Of a DNA stretch of 25,767 nt, positions 7,914 through 17,260 are shown piece after piece. The notes under the pieces are model-generated. The model had not been told where the DNA came from and did not search any database. It worked only from the letters and a program-made list of their open reading frames with translations. A program made the translations under genes and the position numbers. Source of the stretch: a virus (taxonomy: Duplodnaviria > Caudoviricetes); IMG/VR virus record IMGVR_UViG_3300013026_000006, positions 1-25,767 of that record, one strand, 5' to 3'. Each line of letters opens with the position of its first letter. Within the stretch, counting starts at the first letter, position 1.

Positions 7914-10900
7914 ATGGCAACTGAATTAGGTCAAGCGTATATACAAATTATGCCTTCAGCTAAAGGAATTAGTGGAGCTATTTCTAAACAAATCGATCCT
8001 GAAGCGACTTCTGCTGGTACTTCCGCAGGTAGTAAATTAGGTTCTGCTTTAAAAGTAGGCCTTTTAGCAGCAGCGGCTACTGCAGGAGTTGCCATGGGAA
8101 AGATTATTTCTTCTTCTATTTCCGAAGGTGCTGACCTGCAACAATCGCTCGGAGGGATTGAAACTTTATTTAAAGGCAGTGCCGATAAAGTTAAAAAATA
8201 TGCCGATGAAGCTTATAAAACTTCTGGCTTATCCGCAAACGACTACATGACTAATGTGACAAGTTTCTCAGCTAGTCTATTGCAGTCAATGGGCGGAGAT
8301 ACTGAAAAGGCTGCTGACAAAGCCAATATGGCTATGGTAGACATGTCGGATAAAATGTTAGTCCGACTAAAACGCATTGAACCTTATCTGGGGTGTGTGG
8401 CGTAAGCCATGCTAACGGGGAAACTCTAAGGGCTTTAGCCTATGACAATCCCGTGCTAAGCCTGTAAACATACAGGAAAGTGTAACGACTATTCTATTTA
8501 GAAGTAGAGTTATTATTGATACATAACTCGAAGCGGTGCGATTGGTAAAAATAACAAATTTGTGATATAATACAACCATACAAAGAATAAATATGGGGGT
8601 ATTAAATATGAACTGGGTAAAAATAAAAGGGTACGAAGAATTTTATGAAATATCGTCAAATGGCGAGATTAGAAGTAAGGATAGAACTGTAACTGATAAA
8701 ATTGGTAGAACAAGGTCTTGGAATGGTAAGGTATTAAACCCAGATATTGCTCCCAACGGTTATTACAGGGTTACTTTTTCGATTAACAGAAAAAGAAAAC
8801 AATTTTACGTCCACAGACTAATCGCTGAATATTTCATACCGAATCCTGATAACTTGCCACAAGTTAACCATATAGACGGGAACAAGCTAAATAATAGCTT
8901 AGATAACCTAGAGTGGGTTACTGTTCAAGATAATGTTATACATGCTTATAAGAATGGGTTGACAAAACATATAAGCGGTAAAGAACATTTCAATTATGGT
9001 AAATTTGGTGCTGAAAGTAAAAAAGCAAAACCAGTTATAGCAACTAACATTATCACAAATGAAACGAAAAGATACGGTTCCATTGTTGAAACTGTCAAAG
9101 ATGGTTTTACAAAATCAGAAGTATCAAGGTGTTGTAATCACGGTGGAATACACAAAGGCCATCTTTTCGAATTTGCCAATATGATATAGTCTACTCCCTA
9201 AGGCTTGCGAGAAATCGCAGGTCTTTTTAAATACCACGAAAGTGGGGGTATCTAGGAACGCCAATAAAATGGGTACAAATATGCAAGATATCCAAAACGC
9301 ATATCAAGGATTTAGTAAGCAAAACTACACCATGCTCGATAACCTTAACACAATGGGGGCACTCGCCGCATAAATAAAGGGCGATGTGCGAACCCTCTCT
9401 GATTGACTTGGAACTCCTGAAGAGGACAACAGGGCGGAAGTTTAAATACACCGTGAACGACTGAGCGAGAGGGCTTCTATCACATAGAAGAAGCGACAGT
9501 CTGAACTGCAACAATAACTTAATCGAGAAATTGCAGATTAACAATATGCAAATTAGGGTATGGTGGTACTAAAACAGAAATGCAACGTTTGTTAGCCGAT
9601 GCTACTAAATTAACTGGTGTCAAATATGACATTAATAATTTGAGTGATGTGTATAGCGCCATTCATGCAGTACAAGAAAATTTGGATATCACAGGTACTA
9701 CTGCTAAAGAATCTGCTGAAACATTTAGCGGATCTATGGCGTCTATGAAAGCTGCCGCTTCAAATGTTTTAGGGAAAATGTCCCTAGGAATGGATATTAC
9801 TAACGATTTAAACGCCTTGGCACAAACTGTTTCTACTTTTCTGTTTAATAATTTTATTCCAATGGTAACTAATATTTTATCAGCGTTGCCTGGAGCAATC
9901 GTCACGTTTATTCAAACTGCAGCGCCACAATTTTTATCCGCAGGGCAATCTATGCTAACGCAATTGGCAACAGGTATCACTACTGGAATACCAACATTTT
10001 TAACGTCTTTTCAAGGCATTTTAACTGGTATTATGACGTGGATTACAACAAATTTGCCCACTTTTTTAGCAACTGGTGTACAAATTTTAACTAGTATTGG
10101 CACTGGTATTTTACAGGCTATTCCAACGTTAATTACAACAGCGGCTAATATTGTGACAGGTTTTATCTCGTTTTTGATGACGAATTTACCACTCATTCTA
10201 GAATCTGGGAAAAATTTGCTTTTAAATTTGGTTGACGGTATTATCTCTAATTTGCCAGCTATTGGTCAAAGTGCTATTCAAGCGGTGAGCAAATTTATTG
10301 ATGTAGTTGTTCAAAACTATCCGCAATATTTGGCAAAAGGTCAAGAAATTGTCTTGTCTTTAGTAAAAGGTATTTTAGAACGATTACCAAGTTTAATTAC
10401 AACAGCTTTTACTTTAATGAAACAATTTCTAGCGATGATTATTTCTAAAATTCCCGATATTATTTCTGGAGGGGTAAAAATCCTTTTAGGTTTAGTCAGC
10501 GGAATTATTAAAAGTATTCCTGATTTGTTATCAGCCACTGATAAAATTGGTACAACGCTTATTAATGAAGTTCGAAATATTGATTTATTAGGTGCTGGTC
10601 GTGCGATTATGGATGGTTTCTTGAGTGGATTAAAGCAAGCCTGGGGAAGCGTAAAAGATTTTGTTGGAGGCATTGGTTCTTGGATCAAGGAACATAAAGG
10701 GCCACTTTCTTATGATAAAAAGCTCTTAATCCCTGCTGGTCTTGCTATCATGGGCGGATTAAACGATAGCTTGCAAGATGGCTTTCAAAAAGTTAAGCAA
10801 ACTATTTCTGGGGTGGCTGGAGAAGTCCAAGGAATGATTATGGATGGAGTGGACACTAGCAAACTGTTAGATGATGGATGGAATCCACAGTTGAGTTACG

Positions 10901-11112
10901 CTGTATTGTCTTCTGATTCGGTTAAGACAACTCAACCTAAAAATAAAACGAGTGCAGCCAGCAAAACTGATCCGCCGATAATTGTTGAAGTGTACACAAC
11001 CGTTGAACTTGATAAGAAAGTAGTTTCTAAAGAAATTGCAGAACCGGTAAAAATTGAGATTGATGGAATTGAGCGGAGAGCTACAATCATCAAAAAGGGG
11101 AGGGCAAAATAG
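7914..11112 (+). CDS. Tape measure protein, 3 exons: join(7914..8351, 9257..9345, 9549..11112), 696 aa
   Basis: Joined exons total 2091 nt in frame and restore MSD|NANKMGTNMQDIQNAYQGFSKQNYTMLDNL|KLGYGGTKTEMQRLL; amphipathic repeats downstream. Confidence 0.9.
8563..8571 (+). promoter_or_regulatory. Extended -10 promoter for the intron endonuclease
   Basis: TGaTATAAT 37 nt upstream of ATG 8608; weak -35 TTGGTA at 8542. Confidence 0.6.
8608..9189 (+). CDS. NUMOD4/HNH homing endonuclease (I-HmuI-like) in intron loop L8
   Basis: WVKIKGYEEFYEISSNGEIRS (NUMOD4), VHRLIA...VNHIDGNKLNNSLDNLEW (HNH), C-terminal HTH-like segment; GGGGGT RBS favours start 8608. Confidence 0.92.
   Translation: MNWVKIKGYEEFYEISSNGEIRSKDRTVTDKIGRTRSWNGKVLNPDIAPNGYYRVTFSINRKRKQFYVHRLIAEYFIPNPDNLPQVNHIDGNKLNNSLDNLEWVTVQDNVIHAYKNGLTKHISGKEHFNYGKFGAESKKAKPVIATNIITNETKRYGSIVETVKDGFTKSEVSRCCNHGGIHKGHLFEFANMI
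9346..9548 (+). ncRNA. Group I intron 2 (ORF-less, 203 nt)
   Basis: Splits Leu codon CU|C; starts after U, ends in G; P2 GCAC-UCGCC/GGCGA-UGUGC; P3 CCCUCUC/GAGAGGG; P7 GACUG(9459)/CAGUC(9497); P8 CUUCUAU/AUAGAAG; P9 CUGCAA/UUGCAG. Confidence 0.88.
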
Positions 11113-12623
11113 TGACAAAGCAGGTTACAGTAACATTTGATGAATACGTCATCACAGAAATTTTGACCGTTAACTCCCTGAACCGAGGAATTGGGCCAAC
11201 ACAATCTTTTCGTACGCAAAACAGAAATGATAAGAAAGGTGTGCGCTTCCTTGGCACGTCTTCTACGGTTTTAACTCATGAAATGGATTTTACCCTGATG
11301 GAGGGTGTAATAGAGAAACGACGAGAGATATCAAGAATTTTAAATGTAAGTGAACCTAAGAAGCTGATTTACTCAGATGAACCTGACAAGTTTTATTGGG
11401 CACTGCCTAGTGGGGACACTGATTTTGAAGATAAAAGACTCTATGGGGATGGGTCAATTACATGGCAGATTTTTGACGGCCTTGCCTACTCCACGGAAGA
11501 GTATAGCTTTACCAACGACGGCGCAGACCCTCGTGCTATTACGATTAACAACCCTGGCACCGAGCCAATGCTCTTGGAGTTGGAAGCGGAGTTTACCAGC
11601 GACTGTGGTTTTCTTGGTTTACAAAATGATGATCTATCCACCAGTGCTCTTTTTGGCACGATTGAGGAGGTTGACGGTTATCATTACGAAGCTTCCGAAA
11701 CGCTCTTTGATGACCATTTTACGGTAGACCGTGGCTGGCTTTTGAATCAAGGAATCACGCCAGGCGTAACGGCTGAGCGCTTGCAAAACGGAACTGCCAG
11801 CTACCAAGTAGACGAATGGCAAGGACCGCCAGCGGGTTATCCAGGGATTGTTGATCCTAACGAAGGATATGCGAAAGTAACCGACTACGGAACCGGAAAT
11901 TCGTGGCACGGGGTGGCGATTACTAAAATCGTTCCGCCGGATAAAAATGGCGCTTACCCTGTTAATTGGCGTTCCAGTTATCGGATTGATTTTAACAACG
12001 ACGGCGCCGATAACAAAAATGTTCGCGTCGGGCACAACTCCGTAACATACTCCAATCAAAACGATGAGCTGATAGTGGCTGTTGTTGTTGAGGATAACAA
12101 TTCGGTTTCCGAACGTTCCGATGTGGCAATTTACATTGACGGCAATCGTGTATGGGATAACCGCGAGACGTCCAAATACTATGTAAGCGGGCGTACTGCA
12201 TGGGTGGCTGTGGAGAAAATTGGCAATGAAATTACTGTTAATGTCAGCTATGCGGGTGTTCAAAAGTCATTTATTAGCAAGAATCCAGACACGGAACTGC
12301 GGAAGATTACATGGTATGGCGCTGCATATAAAGAATATTTGCCAATCGCTAATAACTTTTTCCGAGCGATTAATGTCAAGAAACATAACGTTCTTAACTG
12401 GCAAGATATCCCGAATAAATTTGGAAGTAAGGACATTTTGCTATACGGCAAAAACGTAGACAACATCTATTGCACGTTAAATAATAACCAAGGCTTGCAA
12501 TACCGCGACCCTGGCTCCACTTTGATTTACGCACCACCAGGCTTAAGTACCATGTTTTTAAGCTGGTCAGATTTTGCAACCGCGCCAATTGTCAAACTAA
12601 AAGGGAGGGCTGCATACGTATGA
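11112..12623 (+). CDS. Distal tail protein (Dit), long form with probable inserted domain
   Basis: After TMP; PKKLIYSDEPDKFYWA and INNPGT motifs; 503 aa. Confidence 0.8.
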   Translation: MTKQVTVTFDEYVITEILTVNSLNRGIGPTQSFRTQNRNDKKGVRFLGTSSTVLTHEMDFTLMEGVIEKRREISRILNVSEPKKLIYSDEPDKFYWALPSGDTDFEDKRLYGDGSITWQIFDGLAYSTEEYSFTNDGADPRAITINNPGTEPMLLELEAEFTSDCGFLGLQNDDLSTSALFGTIEEVDGYHYEASETLFDDHFTVDRGWLLNQGITPGVTAERLQNGTASYQVDEWQGPPAGYPGIVDPNEGYAKVTDYGTGNSWHGVAITKIVPPDKNGAYPVNWRSSYRIDFNNDGADNKNVRVGHNSVTYSNQNDELIVAVVVEDNNSVSERSDVAIYIDGNRVWDNRETSKYYVSGRTAWVAVEKIGNEITVNVSYAGVQKSFISKNPDTELRKITWYGAAYKEYLPIANNFFRAINVKKHNVLNWQDIPNKFGSKDILLYGKNVDNIYCTLNNNQGLQYRDPGSTLIYAPPGLSTMFLSWSDFATAPIVKLKGRAAYV

Positions 12624-14932
12624 TATTTACTTTGACGGATCGCATGTACAATGTTTTAGATGCATACGAGACTGATGATTACCTCATTGGTCAATATGTT
12701 GGCTCCATTTTGGAGACGTTGGACATTAATGTGTTAACCAAGAGTATCCATGCTGACTTGTGGACCAGCGGCAATTACATCATGTGCCAAGACAAATCCG
12801 GCCGGAAATACTGGCTTACAATTTACGATGACGAAGACGGCTTGAACGATGATGTTAAGTCGTTTTCTTGTTATTCCGGCACGATTGACATCGTATCGGA
12901 AGAATGCCCACCAATTTCTGCCACTCAAGCCCAGCCGTTTGAGTGGTATTTTAATCGGATATTTTCCGACACAGGGATTACTTTAGGCATTAATGAGATT
13001 TCTGGAATGACTCGAAAGTTAGAGTTTACGTCAGAAAATGCGACCAATGCGGAAATGCTCCAATTTGTCTTAAATGGGTTTGACAACGCCGAAGCTCAAC
13101 TGGATGTTAAGTTTGACGGCAGTACACCAACAGAATTAGTCCTAAACGTCTACAAGCGACTAGGCGAAGAACAGCCACAAGCGCTGTTATCAGACGAAGA
13201 CGACAGCTTAACTGATTTAACACGCAAGGGGTCTCTGAGTGAGCTTGGCACTTGCTTGGACTTACAAGGCGCCGAAGTTGATGAAAAGACCATTACATTA
13301 GCTGGAAAATATTACGAGGAAAAAGACGCGAACGGCAACATCTTGTATTACTCCCCAAAAAATCTAACTCGCATTTTTAGCGTTAAGGCTCACGAAGATT
13401 ACTATGTAAAATTACCTAACAAGGCTCATGGTGAGTTTGACGGCTATATCAACCGGCGGTACAAGTCGGAGGCTAAAACGCAAGATGCGCTTTGGTCAGA
13501 GGGCTTGGCACAGCTCAAAAAAATTGACCATGCTGTTGTGGATTATGATGCCAAAGGGGATATTAACTGTGGTATTGGTGACAATGTGCAAGTCATCAGC
13601 CACACGATGCGACCGCCAGTTATGGTCAGCGCCAGAACGATCGAGTACAAATTTAATGATGACGACCGCAGCCGGAATGAGTACAAGTTTAGCAATTACG
13701 TGGACTCGGAAAGCAACATGGATGATTTAACGTCGATCATTAACAAGATTAAAGATCAGATTGTTTATGTGGTTGACCAGTCTGTGATGTACTGCTTGGC
13801 AGACCAAGGAAATACAGCGCCCGTAACAGGGTGGACGAATGTCAATCCGGGGGCCGTAAAAGGCAAGTGGTTGTGGACGAGGACTAAGATTGACTACTCC
13901 AACGGTACGTCTAGCGTGTCGGAAGTGCCGACTTATTCGGCGATTAATGGGGAACCAGGAAAACCCGGCACCAGTCCCATAATCACGCCAAATGATGATG
14001 GCACGATTACAATTTTGGATGTGGAAGGAGAGAAGGTCACACCTGATTTGACGGGGCCACCAACCGGGGTTATCTCGCAAAGTACAGTGCCGTCTGCACC
14101 ATATATTGGCATGCTCTGGCAAAACACTGGCACGCCTGCCGGCTACATCAAAGGATGTGTCTATCGATGGAATGGCTCTAAGTGGGAGTTATGGACATTC
14201 TCTGCAGTGAATATCATGGCAGAGACCTTTGTGGGGCTGACCTTCCAAGGTGTGAAATTTATTGGGTCCAATTTTACGAGTAACTTTGACCGTCAAATTG
14301 TTTCTGGTAGTCCAAACTGGGTCAAGGGGACCTCTGTGATTGAAAACGGGAGTGTTAAAAATACAACGACTCAATATGTAAAGTCAACTGGTGCTGTTAT
14401 TAATACTGGGACTAATTCCCTTGACCCAGATGCCTTAAGAACGACGATTAATAATCCTGACGGCAGTAATCAGTCATTCGCTGCATTAACTGGTGGTGGA
14501 TTGACCTTGTCTTCTAATTTAGGTGGTAGGTTCTATGGTGTTCTAACGGCTGACATGCTGACAAAGACTCCCTGGATCAACTTACCACTGAATGCTGGAT
14601 TTCAAGCTTCTGAGGGTCGGGTCCCTCAGTATAAAATTCAGTATAACGTTGATGGGACTAGAACGATTCTGTTTCGTGGGCAGGTTACAACGACAAACGC
14701 TTCAATTCCAGCAAATTGTTATTTTGAAAAAGATCGGGAATATTTCTGTGCAACGATCCCGTCCGCTGTACGACCGGCACAGACCTGTTTCACATATGCT
14801 CCAACTGGGGCGAACGTCTATGTTGGTGGTCGTTTGGCTGCAATTGCAGGAAGCGGCTCGATTCAAGTGCTGATCCCCCATGCGAACGTAAACTACATTG
14901 TTTTAGATAGTTTAAGTTACATCATTGACTAG
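12620..14932 (+). CDS. Tail tip (Tal-like)/host-specificity protein
   Basis: After Dit; WLWTRTKIDYSNG module, short Gly-X-Y GEPGKPG, beta-rich C-terminal domain. Confidence 0.78.
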   Translation: MIFTLTDRMYNVLDAYETDDYLIGQYVGSILETLDINVLTKSIHADLWTSGNYIMCQDKSGRKYWLTIYDDEDGLNDDVKSFSCYSGTIDIVSEECPPISATQAQPFEWYFNRIFSDTGITLGINEISGMTRKLEFTSENATNAEMLQFVLNGFDNAEAQLDVKFDGSTPTELVLNVYKRLGEEQPQALLSDEDDSLTDLTRKGSLSELGTCLDLQGAEVDEKTITLAGKYYEEKDANGNILYYSPKNLTRIFSVKAHEDYYVKLPNKAHGEFDGYINRRYKSEAKTQDALWSEGLAQLKKIDHAVVDYDAKGDINCGIGDNVQVISHTMRPPVMVSARTIEYKFNDDDRSRNEYKFSNYVDSESNMDDLTSIINKIKDQIVYVVDQSVMYCLADQGNTAPVTGWTNVNPGAVKGKWLWTRTKIDYSNGTSSVSEVPTYSAINGEPGKPGTSPIITPNDDGTITILDVEGEKVTPDLTGPPTGVISQSTVPSAPYIGMLWQNTGTPAGYIKGCVYRWNGSKWELWTFSAVNIMAETFVGLTFQGVKFIGSNFTSNFDRQIVSGSPNWVKGTSVIENGSVKNTTTQYVKSTGAVINTGTNSLDPDALRTTINNPDGSNQSFAALTGGGLTLSSNLGGRFYGVLTADMLTKTPWINLPLNAGFQASEGRVPQYKIQYNVDGTRTILFRGQVTTTNASIPANCYFEKDREYFCATIPSAVRPAQTCFTYAPTGANVYVGGRLAAIAGSGSIQVLIPHANVNYIVLDSLSYIID

Positions 14933-14947
14933 GAAGGAGGAGTCTAG

Positions 14948-15136
14948 ATGATCAACATTATTTCGATTACGCCGGTTTATGATGCAGATGGAACTTTGAT
15001 GTATAGCAATGTGTACGTTGAAGTTGTGCTGACTAGTGGTGAAAAAGGAAATGCCAATTTTACATTGTTGCCTGAAGAAATCGATTTGGTGGCAGTAAGT
15101 AAGAGTATTAAAGAAAAAATCAAAAATGGATTGTAG
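14948..15136 (+). CDS. Small hypothetical protein after tail tip gene
   Basis: Strong RBS AGGAGG; 62 aa. Confidence 0.75.
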   Translation: MINIISITPVYDADGTLMYSNVYVEVVLTSGEKGNANFTLLPEEIDLVAVSKSIKEKIKNGL

Positions 15137-15199
15137 ATCGTCGTGATGCACGGCGGTCTATTTTGTTGGTTAAATATGCTAATGAAGGAAGTAATTTAG

Positions 15200-15508
15200 G
15201 TGGTAAATGTTGGAGAAATGGCAATGTGGGCTGGCTGGATCGCGACGATCTTGGGTCTGGTGGCCCTCGTCGTCAAACCAATCGTGGGGAGTTTTACGAA
15301 GATCTCGGAAAATCTAACCAAAATCAGTCATACATTAGATCTGGTCAACAAAGATCTTGAATCATCTAAGAGCGATCGTCAATCGATTCACGATGAGCTG
15401 AGAGTTCATGATGAACGACTCGATCGGCACAGTGAACAGTTGGTGTCACATGACGAACAATTGAAAACTTTATTCAAAGGAGGAAATAGGCATGCAAATG
15501 ACAAATAA
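15200..15508 (+). CDS. Pre-holin membrane protein (1 TM plus coiled coil)
   Basis: Hydrophobic N-terminal helix, heptad C-terminus; RBS AAGGAAG. Confidence 0.7.
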   Translation: MVNVGEMAMWAGWIATILGLVALVVKPIVGSFTKISENLTKISHTLDLVNKDLESSKSDRQSIHDELRVHDERLDRHSEQLVSHDEQLKTLFKGGNRHANDK

Positions 15509-15701
15509 AACCTATGACAAAGTAAAATGGATCGTTTCGGTGGTCCTGCCGGCCTGTGGAGTGCTCGTGGGGACACTTGGTAAGGCATATGCTTGGGACT
15601 TTACTGATCTTGCAGTCACGACAATCTCAGCTATCACTGTTTTTTTGGGGTCAGTGTTCATGGTATCAAGTAAAAACTATCAAAAGAATGCGGGTGAATG
15701 A
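15492..15701 (+). CDS. Holin 1 (two TM)
   Basis: [19 protein letters not shown] holin pattern; directly upstream of endolysin. Confidence 0.85.
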   Translation: MQMTNKTYDKVKWIVSVVLPACGVLVGTLGKAYAWDFTDLAVTTISAITVFLGSVFMVSSKNYQKNAGE

Positions 15702-16440
15702 CGATGGTGAAAATGCCAGAAGTAGAGATCAAACTGCGAACAGACACCCCTCAAGTTGGTGTTGTTCCATATCGGCAAGTACACGCTCACTCTACTGGAA
15801 ATCCAACATCAACGGTGCAAAACGAGGTTGATAATCAAATCAATAATCGGCCTCAAGGATTTGCCAATGATTGGGTGGGTAATAGTCGCATCGTGCGCAC
15901 ATCGCCGCTGAATAGGGGCGCATATGATGTTGGTGGCGGATGGAATGCAGAAACGTTCGCATCTGTGGAACTGATTGAGAGCCATCGAACTTTTGAAGAG
16001 TTTTATGCTGACTATCAGATCTATGTAAATCATTTGCGGAATCTTGCGGACCAGGGTGGTATTCCCAAAACATTGGATAGCCCAGCATTGGAAGGGATCA
16101 AAACTCATGAATACTGCACGTACAACCAACCGAACAACGGTAGTGATCACACGGACCCCTATCCATATTTAGCTAAATGGGGCATTAGCCGTGCGCAATT
16201 TAAAAATGATGTAGAGCAGGGTTTTACGATTGAAACGAACAAAACTAAAAAGAGAGAAGGAAATGTGATGTTATTATTTAAAGAAGGCGGCAAGTGGGGA
16301 ATCAGTATACACATGTCAGTAATCCTAAAGAACTAGATGCGATCAAGATGATGATGGACAAAGCGGGTTATGACACTTGGGAACATACAAATGCTGATCA
16401 AATCAAATATATTAAAAAAATCGCCGAGCTTGTCAAATAA
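15698..16440 (+). pseudogene. Endolysin 1 (N-acetylmuramoyl-L-alanine amidase) frameshifted in its C-terminal binding domain
   Basis: HAHSTGN, VELIES and DHTDP intact; ORF stops at 16336, while the -1 frame 16294..16440 (VGNQYTH...[14 protein letters not shown]) matches the endolysin 2 C-terminus. Confidence 0.85.
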
Positions 16441-16445
16441 AAATA

Positions 16446-16527
16446 GCCCCGGACTTCCGGGGCAGTACATAGATCAATTCAAAAAAATAGCCCTCGGGAT
16501 TATCCCGGGGGCATCTATTTCTTTTTG
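16446..16527. terminator. Two GC-rich hairpins, probable bidirectional terminator
   Basis: GCCCCGGA-ct-TCCGGGGC and GCCCTCGGGA-tta-TCCCGGGGGC with flanking A/T tracts between convergent genes. Confidence 0.75.
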
Positions 16528-16685
16528 TTGCCAAACTCTAAATCGTAAAAAACGAATGCGTATAAAATGATAAATGGCAGCACTCCTTTGATGATAAAGG
16601 CTTTGTTGTCATCATAGGTACTGACATAAATCAGCAGTATGATGACCAGCGCCAACAATACAGCCTGTATAAAATTTTTATTCAT
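16515..16685 (-). CDS. Small two-TM membrane protein (56 aa)
   Basis: RBS AAGGAGAG before ATG 16685; two hydrophobic segments. Confidence 0.7.
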   Translation of the reverse strand: MNKNFIQAVLLALVIILLIYVSTYDDNKAFIIKGVLPFIILYAFVFYDLEFGNKKK

Positions 16686-16919
16686 TGGCTCTCCTTTCCG
16701 AGATGTTGTTGCTCCAACAAAACACGGCCCTGGTAGTAAGCATCGCTGGCGGTCAAAAAGCCGCTCTTGTAATACCGCTTGCCACCTACGGTAATCCACG
16801 CCCGATAGCGCTCCTGCTTAGTTTTGCGGGTATAATACCGGCTAACTCCACGATAGCCTGTGGAAGAGTCTTTGCGAGGTTCCTTGCCTAAAAATAGGGA
16901 GGATGGGTCATATCGTCCC
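16682..16919 (-). pseudogene. 5'-truncated AP2-domain protein
   Basis: SSTGYRGVS...YRAWITVGGKRYY..GF AP2 pattern; upstream part of the ORF is terminator/promoter-like DNA without RBS. Confidence 0.65.
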
Positions 16920-16999
16920 CGCAATGCGTGTTTAGTCAACAGAAAAGACACGCAATGCGTATATTTTTTCCAAAACAAAAACCCCGCCAATCGGCAGGG

Positions 17000-17098
17000 C
17001 TAGTCTTCATTGAAATCTTTTAAAATCTGCTCCAATTTTTCATCCGAGACCGGCACAAAGCTGGTGACTACGATTTCTTCCTCGTCCATATTTAACAT
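17000..17098 (-). CDS. Short acidic ORF (32 aa, MLNMDEEEIVV...)
   Basis: Translated by eye; overlaps stop of upstream ORF; followed by hairpin and T tract. Confidence 0.45.
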   Translation of the reverse strand: MLNMDEEEIVVTSFVPVSDEKLEQILKDFNED

Positions 17099-17260
17099 CT
17101 CACTTTATGCGGATATCGGCTCCGCTCAAATTCCACTACGATCTGCGGTTTGCCAATCATCGCATACTTCCGACAAATAAACTGTTTGCGACTGTTAAAC
17201 TCACCGGCTACAGCCACGCGACTCCCCTCGGCCACATCAGCCAGAAACGATAGGGAGAGT
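17092..17260 (-). pseudogene. Probable 5'-truncated hypothetical phage gene
   Basis: Protein-like C-terminus (SLSFLADV...VAGEFNSRKQF), but the nominal start lies in att arm repeats with no RBS. Confidence 0.5.

Larger units (their letters stand above)
8352..9256 (+). ncRNA. Group I intron 1 (IA2-like, 905 nt) carrying a homing endonuclease
   Basis: P1 GUCGGAU/GUCCGAC with U.G at 5' splice site; P7 GACUA(8487)/UAGUC(9187); P7.1 and P7.2 hairpins; P8 AUUGGUAAA/UUUGCCAAU; GNRA loops; terminal G9256. Confidence 0.92.

Noticed and set aside
8352-8405. C-terminal KMLVRLKRIEPYLGCVA of ORF 7914..8405, and ORF 9580..11112 as a separate gene
   Set aside because: The first is read-through into intron 1; ATG 9580 is an internal Met of exon 3 without an RBS
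9227-9544. Minus-strand 105-aa ORF
   Set aside because: Antisense to exon 2 and intron 2, no recognisable protein features
8352-9548. One long intron, group II intron or intein
   Set aside because: A conserved coding exon lies in the middle; no GUGYG start or RT ORF; stop codons exclude an intein
11634-12263. Long antisense ORF in dit and other nested ORFs in the track
   Set aside because: Shadows of well-supported genes, lacking RBS and motifs
12620-14932. Diversity-generating retroelement or invertible tail cassette
   Set aside because: No reverse transcriptase, invertase or duplicated template seen in the window
16280-16300. Programmed frameshift restoring endolysin 1
   Set aside because: No slippery heptamer at the switch point, and residues present in the paralog are missing, so deletion fits better
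16370-16570. 66-aa ORF after lysin 1
   Set aside because: Off-frame to the lysin tail and runs through terminators
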